Below are positions 46,920 to 54,780 of a stretch of 54,780 nt of DNA, piece by piece. Position 1 is the first letter of the stretch. The number at the start of each line of letters is the position of its first letter. The notes beneath the pieces were generated by a model. The model was given only the letters and a program-made list of their open reading frames with translations. It was not told the DNA's origin and did not search any database. The translations under genes and the position numbers were made by a program. Source of the DNA: an uncultured bacterium (GTDB taxonomy: Bacteria; SAR324; NAC60-12); the NCBI GenBank assembly GCA_965662845.1, contig CBFIJD010000014.1, positions 7,776 through 62,555 of the forward strand. The letters run 5' to 3'.

Positions 46920-47717
46920 TCAAGCGCGTTTTTGCTTCACCACTCTCATCAATTCACCGGCGATGCGGCGAGAGACGGCTCGGGGAGTGAAGCGGTTGGC
47001 AAACACGCCCACTCGGTTCAGTTTGCCGTTCACGATCACGACGTCGCCGCGCATCATCCCCAGATACCCCTCCTCTGCGACTTGCTGGGCGCTCATGACC
47101 AGCGGCCCGTCAAACGCCCTCGTCATCTCGACTCCTGCACGCTTGCCAAACTCGGTCGCAGTCGGCCCCGGACACAAGACCGACACAGTTACACCAGTTC
47201 CCCGCAGCTCTTCTGACAACGCTTCAGAGAACGACAAGACAAACGCTTTAGAAGCGGCATAGGCCGCCATCCGTGGAACGGGCTGAAACGCTGCGGTGCT
47301 CGCCACGTTCAGGATGCGTCCACGCCGGCGCTGCAGCATATCCTTCGCAAAGCGCTCGCTGAGTCCGGTGAGGGTCAGCACGTTTAGGGTCAGCATGTTC
47401 TCATCGGCGCCATCGGCGAGGTCTTGCACATAACCATAGTTCCCAAAGCCTGCGTTGTTCACGAGGAACTCGACGGTCCAAGAGTGAGCGCTTGTTTCGG
47501 CAAACAACTCCGCTGCGGCCTCAGGTGTAGATAAGTCGCGGGCAAGCACGTGGACAGTGATTTGGTGCTGTTGCTGCAACTCTGCTTGCAAAGCCGCAAG
47601 TTTGTCGGCGCTGCGGGCGACCAAGATGAGGTTGTGACGATTTTGAGCAAAACAGAACGCGAGTTCACGGCCAATGCCGGTCGAGGCGCCAGTGATCAGG
47701 GCGTAAGTGGTAGACAT
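46920..47717 (-). CDS. Short-chain dehydrogenase/reductase
   Basis: TGASTGIG, NNAGFG, YAASK, CPGPTATEF. Confidence 0.93.
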   Translation of the reverse strand: MSTTYALITGASTGIGRELAFCFAQNRHNLILVARSADKLAALQAELQQQHQITVHVLARDLSTPEAAAELFAETSAHSWTVEFLVNNAGFGNYGYVQDLADGADENMLTLNVLTLTGLSERFAKDMLQRRRGRILNVASTAAFQPVPRMAAYAASKAFVLSFSEALSEELRGTGVTVSVLCPGPTATEFGKRAGVEMTRAFDGPLVMSAQQVAEEGYLGMMRGDVVIVNGKLNRVGVFANRFTPRAVSRRIAGELMRVVKQKRA

Positions 47718-47746
47718 AGAACCTTGGGGATGGAGAAAAGCTCAGA

Positions 47747-48673
47747 ATGGAAAAGATCGCGCAATCACTGCGTTTGCTGGGAGACGAGACACGCTTGCGC
47801 ATCTTGCGACTGTTGGCGCGTCACTCACTGAACGTGAGCGAGTTGACGGAAATATTGGGGCTGGCGCAGTCGGGGGTGTCAAGGCATTTGAGCCATCTGC
47901 GCAAGATGGGGCTGTTACAGGAGCGGCGCGACGGCGTGTGGACTTACTATCAGCTCACATCCTTGGAGCACGCAGACCCTGAACTGCGCTTGTTGGGGCA
48001 ATATCTCCAACAGCAACTGGCCGAGCTGACCGATTCCACGCACGATGAAGTCCGCCTTCAAGAAGTCTTGCATCGACGGCGCTTGGGAGGGCCCGGTTTG
48101 AACGAACGCTTACTGGAGCTTGGGCAGTCGTGGTTTGCGTGGTCACGTTTGTTGGGACAGCTCATCGGCGAACTCAACACAGGGTTGACCATTGCCGACC
48201 TTGGGTGTGGAGACGGGACGCTGACCTTGGAGATGTCGCGATTTGCAGAGCATGTCATTGGGGTGGACCGTGATCCAGAGCTGCTGCAAGAGGTGCAGCG
48301 CAATCTCCAAGCTCAAGGCCGGACCAACATCGAACTGCGCCATGAGCAAGTGGAGTCGCTGTCCATCGCTGACGCGTGTGTCGATCTCGTGATGTTTTCG
48401 CAGTCCCTGCACCATTTGCAGCATCCGCAGCTTGGTCTACAGCAGGCGTTTCGCATCTGTAAAACCGGTGGGCGCGTGCTGATTGCCGAGCTGGCTGCGC
48501 ATCAAGAAGAGTGGGTGCAAGCGAAGTTAGGACACGCTTGGTTAGGCTTCAGCGAGCAAGACTTGCGTCAGATGTTAGAGCAAGCTGGCTGGCAGATTGT
48601 GACGCAAGAAGTCCTGCCTGCCTCGCGGGAGCGGCTGTTTCAGGTAATGCTGGCAGTTGGCCGCAAAATGTGA
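47747..48673 (+). CDS. ArsR-family HTH fused to SAM-methyltransferase-like domain (SahR/SamR-like regulator)
   Basis: LGDETRLRIL...LNVSEL...QSGVSRHL..LR..GL; ADLGCGDG; SQSLHH; WLGFS. Confidence 0.85.
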   Translation: MEKIAQSLRLLGDETRLRILRLLARHSLNVSELTEILGLAQSGVSRHLSHLRKMGLLQERRDGVWTYYQLTSLEHADPELRLLGQYLQQQLAELTDSTHDEVRLQEVLHRRRLGGPGLNERLLELGQSWFAWSRLLGQLIGELNTGLTIADLGCGDGTLTLEMSRFAEHVIGVDRDPELLQEVQRNLQAQGRTNIELRHEQVESLSIADACVDLVMFSQSLHHLQHPQLGLQQAFRICKTGGRVLIAELAAHQEEWVQAKLGHAWLGFSEQDLRQMLEQAGWQIVTQEVLPASRERLFQVMLAVGRKM

Positions 48674-48737
48674 TGTGTTCCCCCGTGGGCAGACAACTTT
48701 GTCTGCGATTGTGTATACCCTATATTTGGAGGTTGCG

Positions 48738-49229
48738 ATGTTGAAATCTTTGAAGATTGCTGGAGTCGGTTTGGGAGCGCTGTTGTGTGGAACTTCAACT
48801 CTGGCAGCACAAGAAATACTCACGATTGAGGTGCGCATGCTGATGCCCTCTATGGCGCAGAAGGTCGTCACAGAAGCGCAAAAAAAATGTGAGGAGATGG
48901 GATTCAAAGTCTCGGCAACCGTGGTGGACCGTAGTGGAAACCTGCAAGCGATGTTGCGCGATCCCTTGGCTGGCGCTCACTCGATTGAGGTGAGCTATCG
49001 CAAGGCTTGGACTTCGGCCTCGTTTGGGGTGGCCACGGCCGATATGCCAGAAGAGGAAGGGATTGAGTTTGCGAGTCAGGTCATTCGGACGACGGGCGGG
49101 CTGCCGATTGAAATTGGCGGCTTCTCTTACGGCGGGGTCGGCGTCTCAGGAGCGACCTCAGAGGCGGACGTAGAATGCGCCCAACATGGAATTGAAGCGA
49201 TCGCTGCCGATCTTGAGTTTATGGAGTGA
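48738..49229 (+). CDS. Secreted GlcG/HbpS family heme-binding protein
   Basis: ATG 48738 after GGAGG; signal peptide; VVDRSG, AGAHS...RKAWTSASF, GGLPI...GGVGVSGA. Confidence 0.88.
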   Translation: MLKSLKIAGVGLGALLCGTSTLAAQEILTIEVRMLMPSMAQKVVTEAQKKCEEMGFKVSATVVDRSGNLQAMLRDPLAGAHSIEVSYRKAWTSASFGVATADMPEEEGIEFASQVIRTTGGLPIEIGGFSYGGVGVSGATSEADVECAQHGIEAIAADLEFME

Positions 49230-49237
49230 CATCCTAG

Positions 49238-49256
49238 GCGCCGGCGCTGCCGGCGC
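49238..49256. terminator. Hairpin between convergent genes
   Basis: GCGCCGGC-gct-GCCGGCGC, no U-tract. Confidence 0.45.
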
Positions 49257-49259
49257 GGT

Positions 49260-50834
49260 TCAATTGCGGATCTCGGTGGCGGGTTCTGAACTCGTGGGTG
49301 CCTCACCCTCTTCCTTCTTCTTCCTCCTCTTCCCTTTCCCCCGACGTTGTCGAAAATCAGCCAAAAACGCGTATTCCTGTTGGAGAAACGGCCCGAGCGC
49401 GGCCATCTCTAATTTCTCGACGATGTGGTCTTCCACATAGCGCTGGTAGGTAGGAGGCTTACCGCTGACAAGCTGATTGTCTCGAGCGTATTGCTCCAAC
49501 TCTGCGCTGAACTTTTTGATCGAGAGTTCGAGTCTGCGGGCTTCTTGGATCATTTTTTGACGTTGGCGCACCATCTCGCAGAGTTCACCTAACTTTTGTC
49601 GGTTCTCTTGTTGTGCGTCGTCTGTGCGGCGCATAGCGGCCCACGCCATCATACTTTTGCGAGACTCATCTCCTTGGTGCTCAGCAATGGAAGCGAAGAC
49701 GTCAAATTCTTGAAAGACAATCCCACTCTTTTGCTCTACCCGACGATCGAGCTTCTCCAAGGTTTGCTCAATTTGCTTAAGCCCTCGTTCGGCTAGCTTG
49801 TAGTTTTTGACGATGCGTTGATAGCGCCGCTCATCTGCGTCTGTCAGCTCGGCTACCGGCCGATTCTCAGCCGCTTGCAGCTCGGAGGCGAAACGTTCCA
49901 CCTTGGCTTGAGCCTCCGCGCGCTTTGCGGTCAGCTCTTCTTTTTTGGCTTCTCGCCGTTGGAGCATCGCCAAATATTCCTCATCTTTTTTGCTCACCAT
50001 GCGCTGCTTACGAATCCCAATTTTGACAGAGAATTGCGTTGCGTCACCGCGCCATTGGTTCAGCAAAATGATGTCAAAATCACGGAAGCGCGGGTGCCGT
50101 TGAAAGAAATGTAACAAGTTTGAGGGCTTCTCAGCCTTATCGGCTTCTGCTTTGAACTCTTTGTACATGGCCGACATCTCGTCCACAAACATCGTGCGGA
50201 TGTACTTTTTGCGATATCCCAAGGCGACCAGCCCTCTGACGGTTCGCTCTTCCAGGTCGTCGACCACCAGCACATTCATCAGGCTCTTCATCACGCCCTC
50301 TAGGGTTTGTACGCCGGTGACCTGTTGCACTGCGTCTTCGAGGACCATGTCTAGCGCCACATGATAGAGCCGCTCCAGCTGCATCTTCTCTAAGCTGCCG
50401 TCATACTTCTGGAGTCGATATTTCATCGTCCGCAGCGCAGCCTGACGAGTTGTCTTTACATAGTCGTTGTAGAGCAAATTGAGGAACGCCTTGTTGGATT
50501 CGCGATCTTGCGTGCTCTGTCGCAGCTGTCGAAAAGCCTCTCGGTGTGAGCTGGGAGCCGGGTCATAGGGCAGCTCGTAGCTCTCCCAGGCAAAGCCCTT
50601 TAAGCGGAAGCGTTGCTTGGCGTAAGTGCGTAAATCAACGTCTTGATCCGTCTCTAAGTCCCAAGGAAATTCAAGCACTGCCAGAAATCCATCGCGATTG
50701 ATCGGGACGCCGGGCGTGTAATTCCCAATGCGGACGCGCAGACCATGCTCGACAAAGCGCCGCTTGAGCGGGCTCTCCAGACGATGCCGCATCTCTTCAG
50801 GCATCAAAATTAGAACCGTGGACTGCGAATTCAT
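49260..50834 (-). CDS. Hypothetical charged coiled-coil protein (524 aa)
   Basis: Long ORF with GAGG SD; helical K/R/E-rich composition; no recognised motif. Confidence 0.75.
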   Translation of the reverse strand: MNSQSTVLILMPEEMRHRLESPLKRRFVEHGLRVRIGNYTPGVPINRDGFLAVLEFPWDLETDQDVDLRTYAKQRFRLKGFAWESYELPYDPAPSSHREAFRQLRQSTQDRESNKAFLNLLYNDYVKTTRQAALRTMKYRLQKYDGSLEKMQLERLYHVALDMVLEDAVQQVTGVQTLEGVMKSLMNVLVVDDLEERTVRGLVALGYRKKYIRTMFVDEMSAMYKEFKAEADKAEKPSNLLHFFQRHPRFRDFDIILLNQWRGDATQFSVKIGIRKQRMVSKKDEEYLAMLQRREAKKEELTAKRAEAQAKVERFASELQAAENRPVAELTDADERRYQRIVKNYKLAERGLKQIEQTLEKLDRRVEQKSGIVFQEFDVFASIAEHQGDESRKSMMAWAAMRRTDDAQQENRQKLGELCEMVRQRQKMIQEARRLELSIKKFSAELEQYARDNQLVSGKPPTYQRYVEDHIVEKLEMAALGPFLQQEYAFLADFRQRRGKGKRRKKKEEGEAPTSSEPATEIRN

Positions 50835-51177
50835 GAGGTGCCTCGCTAAAGGTTCACAACTGTTTACGTCAGCGATGAAAGAAAAATTTCTGAGTTTACG
50901 GAAGGATTGTTTAGAGTTTGTTAGGAGTGTGCGTAAAGCGTCGCTGGTGGTCTGACCGGAGGTTTGTCTCCTCTTTTGATTCCTTTTTTCTCTTGAAAAA
51001 ACAATTTTTGTCGCAAACAGCGCTCATTTTAAATTAAAAAAATAAATTTGTTTTTCAAAAAGAAGTGTGTTGTCGCGAAACCTAGATAATGTCTCATCTG
51101 GAGGTCTGGTATGCTCCGTGAAGCCCAGACTCGTGGTTCTTTCATCCAATTTTTCTATCTTTCAGTAGGAGACTCCC

Positions 51178-51387
51178 ATGGCGGCTGCAAACACCCCAAG
51201 CAAAACTCAAACTTGGCCAGAACTTGCCATTCAACTGTACGAACATCTCACTGGTCGCAACGCTGAAATTACCTATGAATTTGAAAACATGGAAATCTGG
51301 GTGCCCAGTCATGTGGGCGATGACGCGACACACGCGCGCTGGAAAGTGAACGGAACCCTGAAAATCCGTACGCGCGAAGTGAAGTAA
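51178..51387 (+). CDS. Small hypothetical protein (69 aa)
   Basis: SD AGGAG; TWPELAIQLYEHLTGRNAEITYEF...WKVNGTLKIRT looks like a compact folded protein. Confidence 0.75.
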   Translation: MAAANTPSKTQTWPELAIQLYEHLTGRNAEITYEFENMEIWVPSHVGDDATHARWKVNGTLKIRTREVK

Positions 51388-51728
51388 TGTCAGTGACTAC
51401 GCTCGAGGTAGAAGGCCGGATCGAAGCCGTCTCTAAGCACGGCAAGCTCTTTGTGGAAGGTCAAGGTGAGCGCTTGCAAGTCGGAGTCAGCTCTCTCGCC
51501 GCGCTGTGGCGGCTGCGCTACCTTTTGCGCTCGTTGCTCCGACAGCGTGCATTTGCGATTCAGGGGCTGAGCGAGACAAAAGTCCACATCAGCGTGCTGT
51601 TGGCCGACCAGCAGGTTGTGGATTTAGACCCACAGCAAACTCCAGAAGGAGTCGCTCGCTGGCTGGGTTTGCCCTACGGATCCATTCAATGGAGCGGCTT
51701 AGTGCAGGCTCTCCGAAAATCCTTCTAG
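51387..51728 (+). CDS. Hypothetical protein (113 aa)
   Basis: TAATG stop/start overlap with the preceding ORF. Confidence 0.65.
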   Translation: MSVTTLEVEGRIEAVSKHGKLFVEGQGERLQVGVSSLAALWRLRYLLRSLLRQRAFAIQGLSETKVHISVLLADQQVVDLDPQQTPEGVARWLGLPYGSIQWSGLVQALRKSF

Positions 51729-51738
51729 CTCTCCTTCA

Positions 51739-51758
51739 GGCCGCTCTTCGGGGCGGTC
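51739..51758. terminator. cUUCGg-capped hairpin between convergent genes
   Basis: GGCCGCTC-TTCG-GGGCGGTC. Confidence 0.55.
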
Positions 51759-51761
51759 GCC

Positions 51762-52490
51762 TCAACGGCCCGCCAGCACCTCACCGGCCTCGCGCACGGT
51801 GAACTTCTGCTCATAAATCGCTTTTCCGACGATGACCTGGTCGACACCCACAGGCGCAAGGTTGCGTAGGTCGCGCAGATCATCTAACGAAGAGACTCCC
51901 CCCGACGCGGTGACGCGAAGTCCCGTGTTCCTCGCCATGCGCTCCAAATCTGTGAGATTAGGCCCTGTCAGCATGCCATCGCGGGCAATATCAGTGTAAA
52001 TGACGCGCTGGACTCCACGGGCTTTCCAGGTGTTCGCGAAGTCTTCATCGCTGAGTTCGGTGACCTCGACCCAACCCGAAACGGCCACCCGCCCAGCTTT
52101 GGCGTCCAGACCAAGAATCAGAGCGTCGCCAAATTCTTGCAGCGCGGTCTCAAAAACTTCGGGCGCTTTGACGGCCATCGTGCCGATGATGGCATAGCGG
52201 ATTCCCAAATCGAGGACGCGCCGGATGTCGTCGACAGTGCGAATGCCGCCTCCTAGCTCCAAGGGAACCGAGACGGCCTGAGCGATGCGCTGGATTTGAA
52301 CTTGATTTGCCGATTCGCCCCGAAACGCGCCGTCGAGGTCGACGAGGTGAATTTGCGGCGCGCCTTCATCCACAAAGCGCTGCGCCACTGCGACGGGATC
52401 ATCGGCATAAATCGTCTCGTCGTGTTCGACCCCTTGAGTCAGACGCACGCACTTACCATTTTTGAGATCAATCGCGGGAAGGATTTGCAC
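51762..52490 (-). CDS. hisA: ProFAR isomerase (histidine biosynthesis)
   Basis: PAIDLKNGKCVRLTQG, HLVDLDGA, LGGGIR, YTDIARDGMLTGPN, ASGGV. Confidence 0.97.
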   Translation of the reverse strand: MQILPAIDLKNGKCVRLTQGVEHDETIYADDPVAVAQRFVDEGAPQIHLVDLDGAFRGESANQVQIQRIAQAVSVPLELGGGIRTVDDIRRVLDLGIRYAIIGTMAVKAPEVFETALQEFGDALILGLDAKAGRVAVSGWVEVTELSDEDFANTWKARGVQRVIYTDIARDGMLTGPNLTDLERMARNTGLRVTASGGVSSLDDLRDLRNLAPVGVDQVIVGKAIYEQKFTVREAGEVLAGR

Positions 52491-52965
52491 GGTTCTTTTG
52501 AGATGGAAGATGAATCAAAAACAGCTCGTGCCGCCAGAGAAATGCTGCGCAAGCGATGGAGCACAGCAGCGTACCGAGCAGAGTGGTGACGATAGAAGAG
52601 AATAACACCGCAAAAATGGAACCACCCCACCCACTCCCAAGCTCCATGAGCAAAGATCGGCGAGGGATGCGCTCTTGGCAAGCCCGGCAGCGTCCCTGCA
52701 ATAAGCAAAACGAGAGCACAGGCACATTCTCCCACCAGCGCAGCACGTGACCACAACGGAAGCAGAAAGAACGCCTGGGCGTGAGAGGATTGAGGCGGTC
52801 CAAGGACAGCGCGGCCTGTTGGCGGGCAGGGTCGCTCTGCCGAATGAGCAAGCGCGCTAAGGTCGCCTGCCAGAAACTGCCAAGGATAGCGCCGAAACAT
52901 CCCGCGAGGAGCAACCGCAGAATCAGCGGTGCATCACTTGCATGAGTGGCGATTTCAAGCGTCAT
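52468..52965 (-). CDS. Prepilin peptidase (PilD) N-terminal zinc-binding domain only
   Basis: GAILGSF, RSFCFRCGH.LRWWENVPVLSF.LLQGRCRAC..RI....L.E; ORF ends without an A24 aspartyl peptidase domain. Confidence 0.8.
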   Translation of the reverse strand: MTLEIATHASDAPLILRLLLAGCFGAILGSFWQATLARLLIRQSDPARQQAALSLDRLNPLTPRRSFCFRCGHVLRWWENVPVLSFCLLQGRCRACQERIPRRSLLMELGSGWGGSIFAVLFSSIVTTLLGTLLCSIACAAFLWRHELFLIHLPSQKNRANPSRD

Positions 52966-53013
52966 CAGAGTTTTGTATGGCTCGTTTCATTACGACTTTT
53001 CCAGAGAGGTAGG

Positions 53014-53649
53014 ATGTTGATCAAAATGCGCATGTTGTTTGGACTGCTGGTCGGTTTGCTGCTGGCGATGCCGGCGTTTGGTGCCGTGATTCATTTGAAT
53101 AGCGGCGAGTCGCTCAGTGGTCGCATTCAGGGCATGGACGAGCAGACGCTCTACCTGGAGTCGGATCGTGGCTTTGGTGTGCTCAAGGTTGAGCGAGTCG
53201 ACATTCGCTTGATTGAGTTTGACGCAGCCGCGCGCAACCTCGCCCGCAAGCTGGGCATTGGCCTCAACTACCGTCCCGCGACGATGGAAGAGAATATCAG
53301 CTTGAAAAGCTGGCTCAGCACGACAGACGCGCTAGAGTTGCTCGTCGGCTATGAAGAGATCGGTGACGATACGACGTTCTCCTTAGAAGGACGCTTCTCT
53401 CGCGTGTTCTTGAACGAAGGCGGCCAAGACCTGTTTTTCGGAGCAGGCGCGGGCTTTGTGAGCGGCCAAGACGAAACCGGCGACGACGAGCGCGGGACTC
53501 TGTTTCGGGCCTTCACAGGGGCGGAGTTCTTCCCCGTGACATATCCCAATGTGGGGCTCTCCGTGGAACTTGGACTGCGGCGCCTGCAAGGCGTGGGAGA
53601 CACCCAGCAAGGGTTTTACAACGCGCTCGCCGCACGCTACTATTTTTGA
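53014..53649 (+). CDS. Secreted hypothetical protein, probable small outer-membrane beta-barrel with N-terminal beta domain
   Basis: Signal peptide; alternating beta strands; terminal ARYYF resembles a BAM beta-signal. Confidence 0.65.
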   Translation: MLIKMRMLFGLLVGLLLAMPAFGAVIHLNSGESLSGRIQGMDEQTLYLESDRGFGVLKVERVDIRLIEFDAAARNLARKLGIGLNYRPATMEENISLKSWLSTTDALELLVGYEEIGDDTTFSLEGRFSRVFLNEGGQDLFFGAGAGFVSGQDETGDDERGTLFRAFTGAEFFPVTYPNVGLSVELGLRRLQGVGDTQQGFYNALAARYYF

Positions 53650-53715
53650 CAATTTTGTCCGTCAGCGGGGAGCGCATTCCCCGCCTGCCTTGCCCACTCC
53701 CAACTCGGAGGCCGC

Positions 53716-54201
53716 ATGCCAGCCCCTTTCCCCCCTCGCTCTGTTGCCCCTTCCTCGCTCCTCTCCTTTGAAGACTCCGCTGCTGGCGCCCGCTGGATGG
53801 ATCAGGTCTTCGACCAGATTGATGACATTCCAGACAAAGACCTTGAGGCCCTTCTCGCCGAACAACCTCGCAAAGAAGCTCCCAAACCCAAGTCGTCGGT
53901 AGCGAAGAACCCTTTCCGCAGCCACGTGGAACCGGACGACGTGCTTGATCTGCATGGCAAAACCCGTGACGAAGCGCTCATGCTCGTTGAGAACTTTGTG
54001 CACTACGGTGTGCTGCACGGAGCGCAAACCCTGCTGATCATCACGGGCAAAGGCTATCGTTCGGGCAAAGGCGGCCCGGTGTTGCGCCCTACCATCGAAG
54101 CGTGGCTCCGTGATCAAGGCAAGAAGCGGATTCAGCGTGTGCAAGAAGCCCCACCGCGACACGGCGGCAGCGGCGCGCTATGGGTGACCTTACGGGGCTA
54201 G
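53716..54201 (+). CDS. Smr domain protein
   Basis: LDLHG...EA, IITGKGYRS, VLR, PRHGGSGALWV. Confidence 0.92.
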   Translation: MPAPFPPRSVAPSSLLSFEDSAAGARWMDQVFDQIDDIPDKDLEALLAEQPRKEAPKPKSSVAKNPFRSHVEPDDVLDLHGKTRDEALMLVENFVHYGVLHGAQTLLIITGKGYRSGKGGPVLRPTIEAWLRDQGKKRIQRVQEAPPRHGGSGALWVTLRG

Positions 54202-54222
54202 CTCTGGCTCAGTCATCAAAAC

Positions 54223-54780
54223 TCATCGCACCGGCAGCACAAACTCAAAGCAGGTGCCTTGATCGCAGTGCCACGTCAGGGAGCCTTGCAGCTGGCGAGT
54301 GAGGATGTTCACTAAGCGGAGCCCCAGCGAGTTGGCGCGCTGGACATCGAAGCCCTCCGGTAAGCCGACGCCATCGTCTCTGACGCGGATGTGAAGCTCT
54401 TTGCCGCGCTCCCCCGTGTGGAGCCGCACTTGTAGCGTCCCTTGTTCTCCTTGCGGGAAGGCATACTTCAGAGTGTTTGAGACCAACTCATTGAGGATCA
54501 GCGCACACGGAATCGCCATGTCAATTCCGAGCAAAAGCGCCTCGAGTTCCAACTGCAGGCGAATTGGTTGAAAGTGATCTCGGCGGTAGGACTGAAAGAT
54601 CTCCTGAATCAAATCCTGAACATACAAATCAAAACGAATGCGCGAGAGCGTATCAGAGCGATAGATGCGCTCATGGATCATCGCCATCGACTCAATCCGG
54701 CTCTGGCTGTCGCGCAGCAGGTTCAGCAGCCCGTCGTCGGTACAGGTCGCGGCTTGTAGCCGAAACAAGCTGGAGATCAC
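54223..54780 (-). CDS. Sensor histidine kinase (HisKA_2/HWE-like), C-terminal part; 5' end outside window
   Basis: ISSLFRLQ, RIESMAMIHE, LILNELVSNTLKYAF, DDGVGLP, SLGLRLV. Confidence 0.9.
   Translation of the reverse strand: MISSLFRLQAATCTDDGLLNLLRDSQSRIESMAMIHERIYRSDTLSRIRFDLYVQDLIQEIFQSYRRDHFQPIRLQLELEALLLGIDMAIPCALILNELVSNTLKYAFPQGEQGTLQVRLHTGERGKELHIRVRDDGVGLPEGFDVQRANSLGLRLVNILTRQLQGSLTWHCDQGTCFEFVLPVR

Noticed and set aside
51762..52490. hisA outside a his operon; lolC/E without adjacent lolD
   Set aside because: Scattered housekeeping genes are common and not notable alone.

Overview
Gene-dense, GC-rich (about 60% by eye) bacterial chromosome segment with no rRNA, tRNA, CRISPR array, integrase or transposase that I could recognise. 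Gene content suggests a marine Gram-negative heterotroph, possibly SAR324/delta-proteobacterial (inference only). From left to right: partial TRAP DctP; a PQQ/sorbosone-type dehydrogenase-cytochrome c-Rap1a-like-PedC-like permease-peroxiredoxin block; a FitA/VapC toxin-antitoxin pair; a 1259-aa compositionally chimeric surface adhesin with a small lipoprotein; DMT, SH3 and GST genes; a TRAP system with greatly extended DctM/DctQ; TauE, purU and a Uma2 nuclease with heptad repeats; a divergent inositol catabolism cluster (iolC,B,A,D,E plus oxidoreductase versus sugar-acid dehydratase, aldehyde dehydrogenase, oxidoreductase, iolG); Nudix; penicillin-acylase family; a co-oriented run rpsD-alaS-lolC/E-gshA-eukaryote-type glutathione synthetase; SDR; SahR-like regulator; GlcG/HbpS; hypothetical proteins; hisA; a stand-alone prepilin-peptidase N-terminal domain; Smr; partial histidine kinase. 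Best leads: the adhesin with a swapped AT-rich N-terminal tip, the GCS2 plus eukaryote-type GSH synthetase pair, the DctM with a ~340-aa Cys-bracketed helical tail, the hybrid inositol/sugar-acid cluster, and a divergent stand-alone rpsD with a structured leader. All family calls come from motif recognition by eye, with no database searches.
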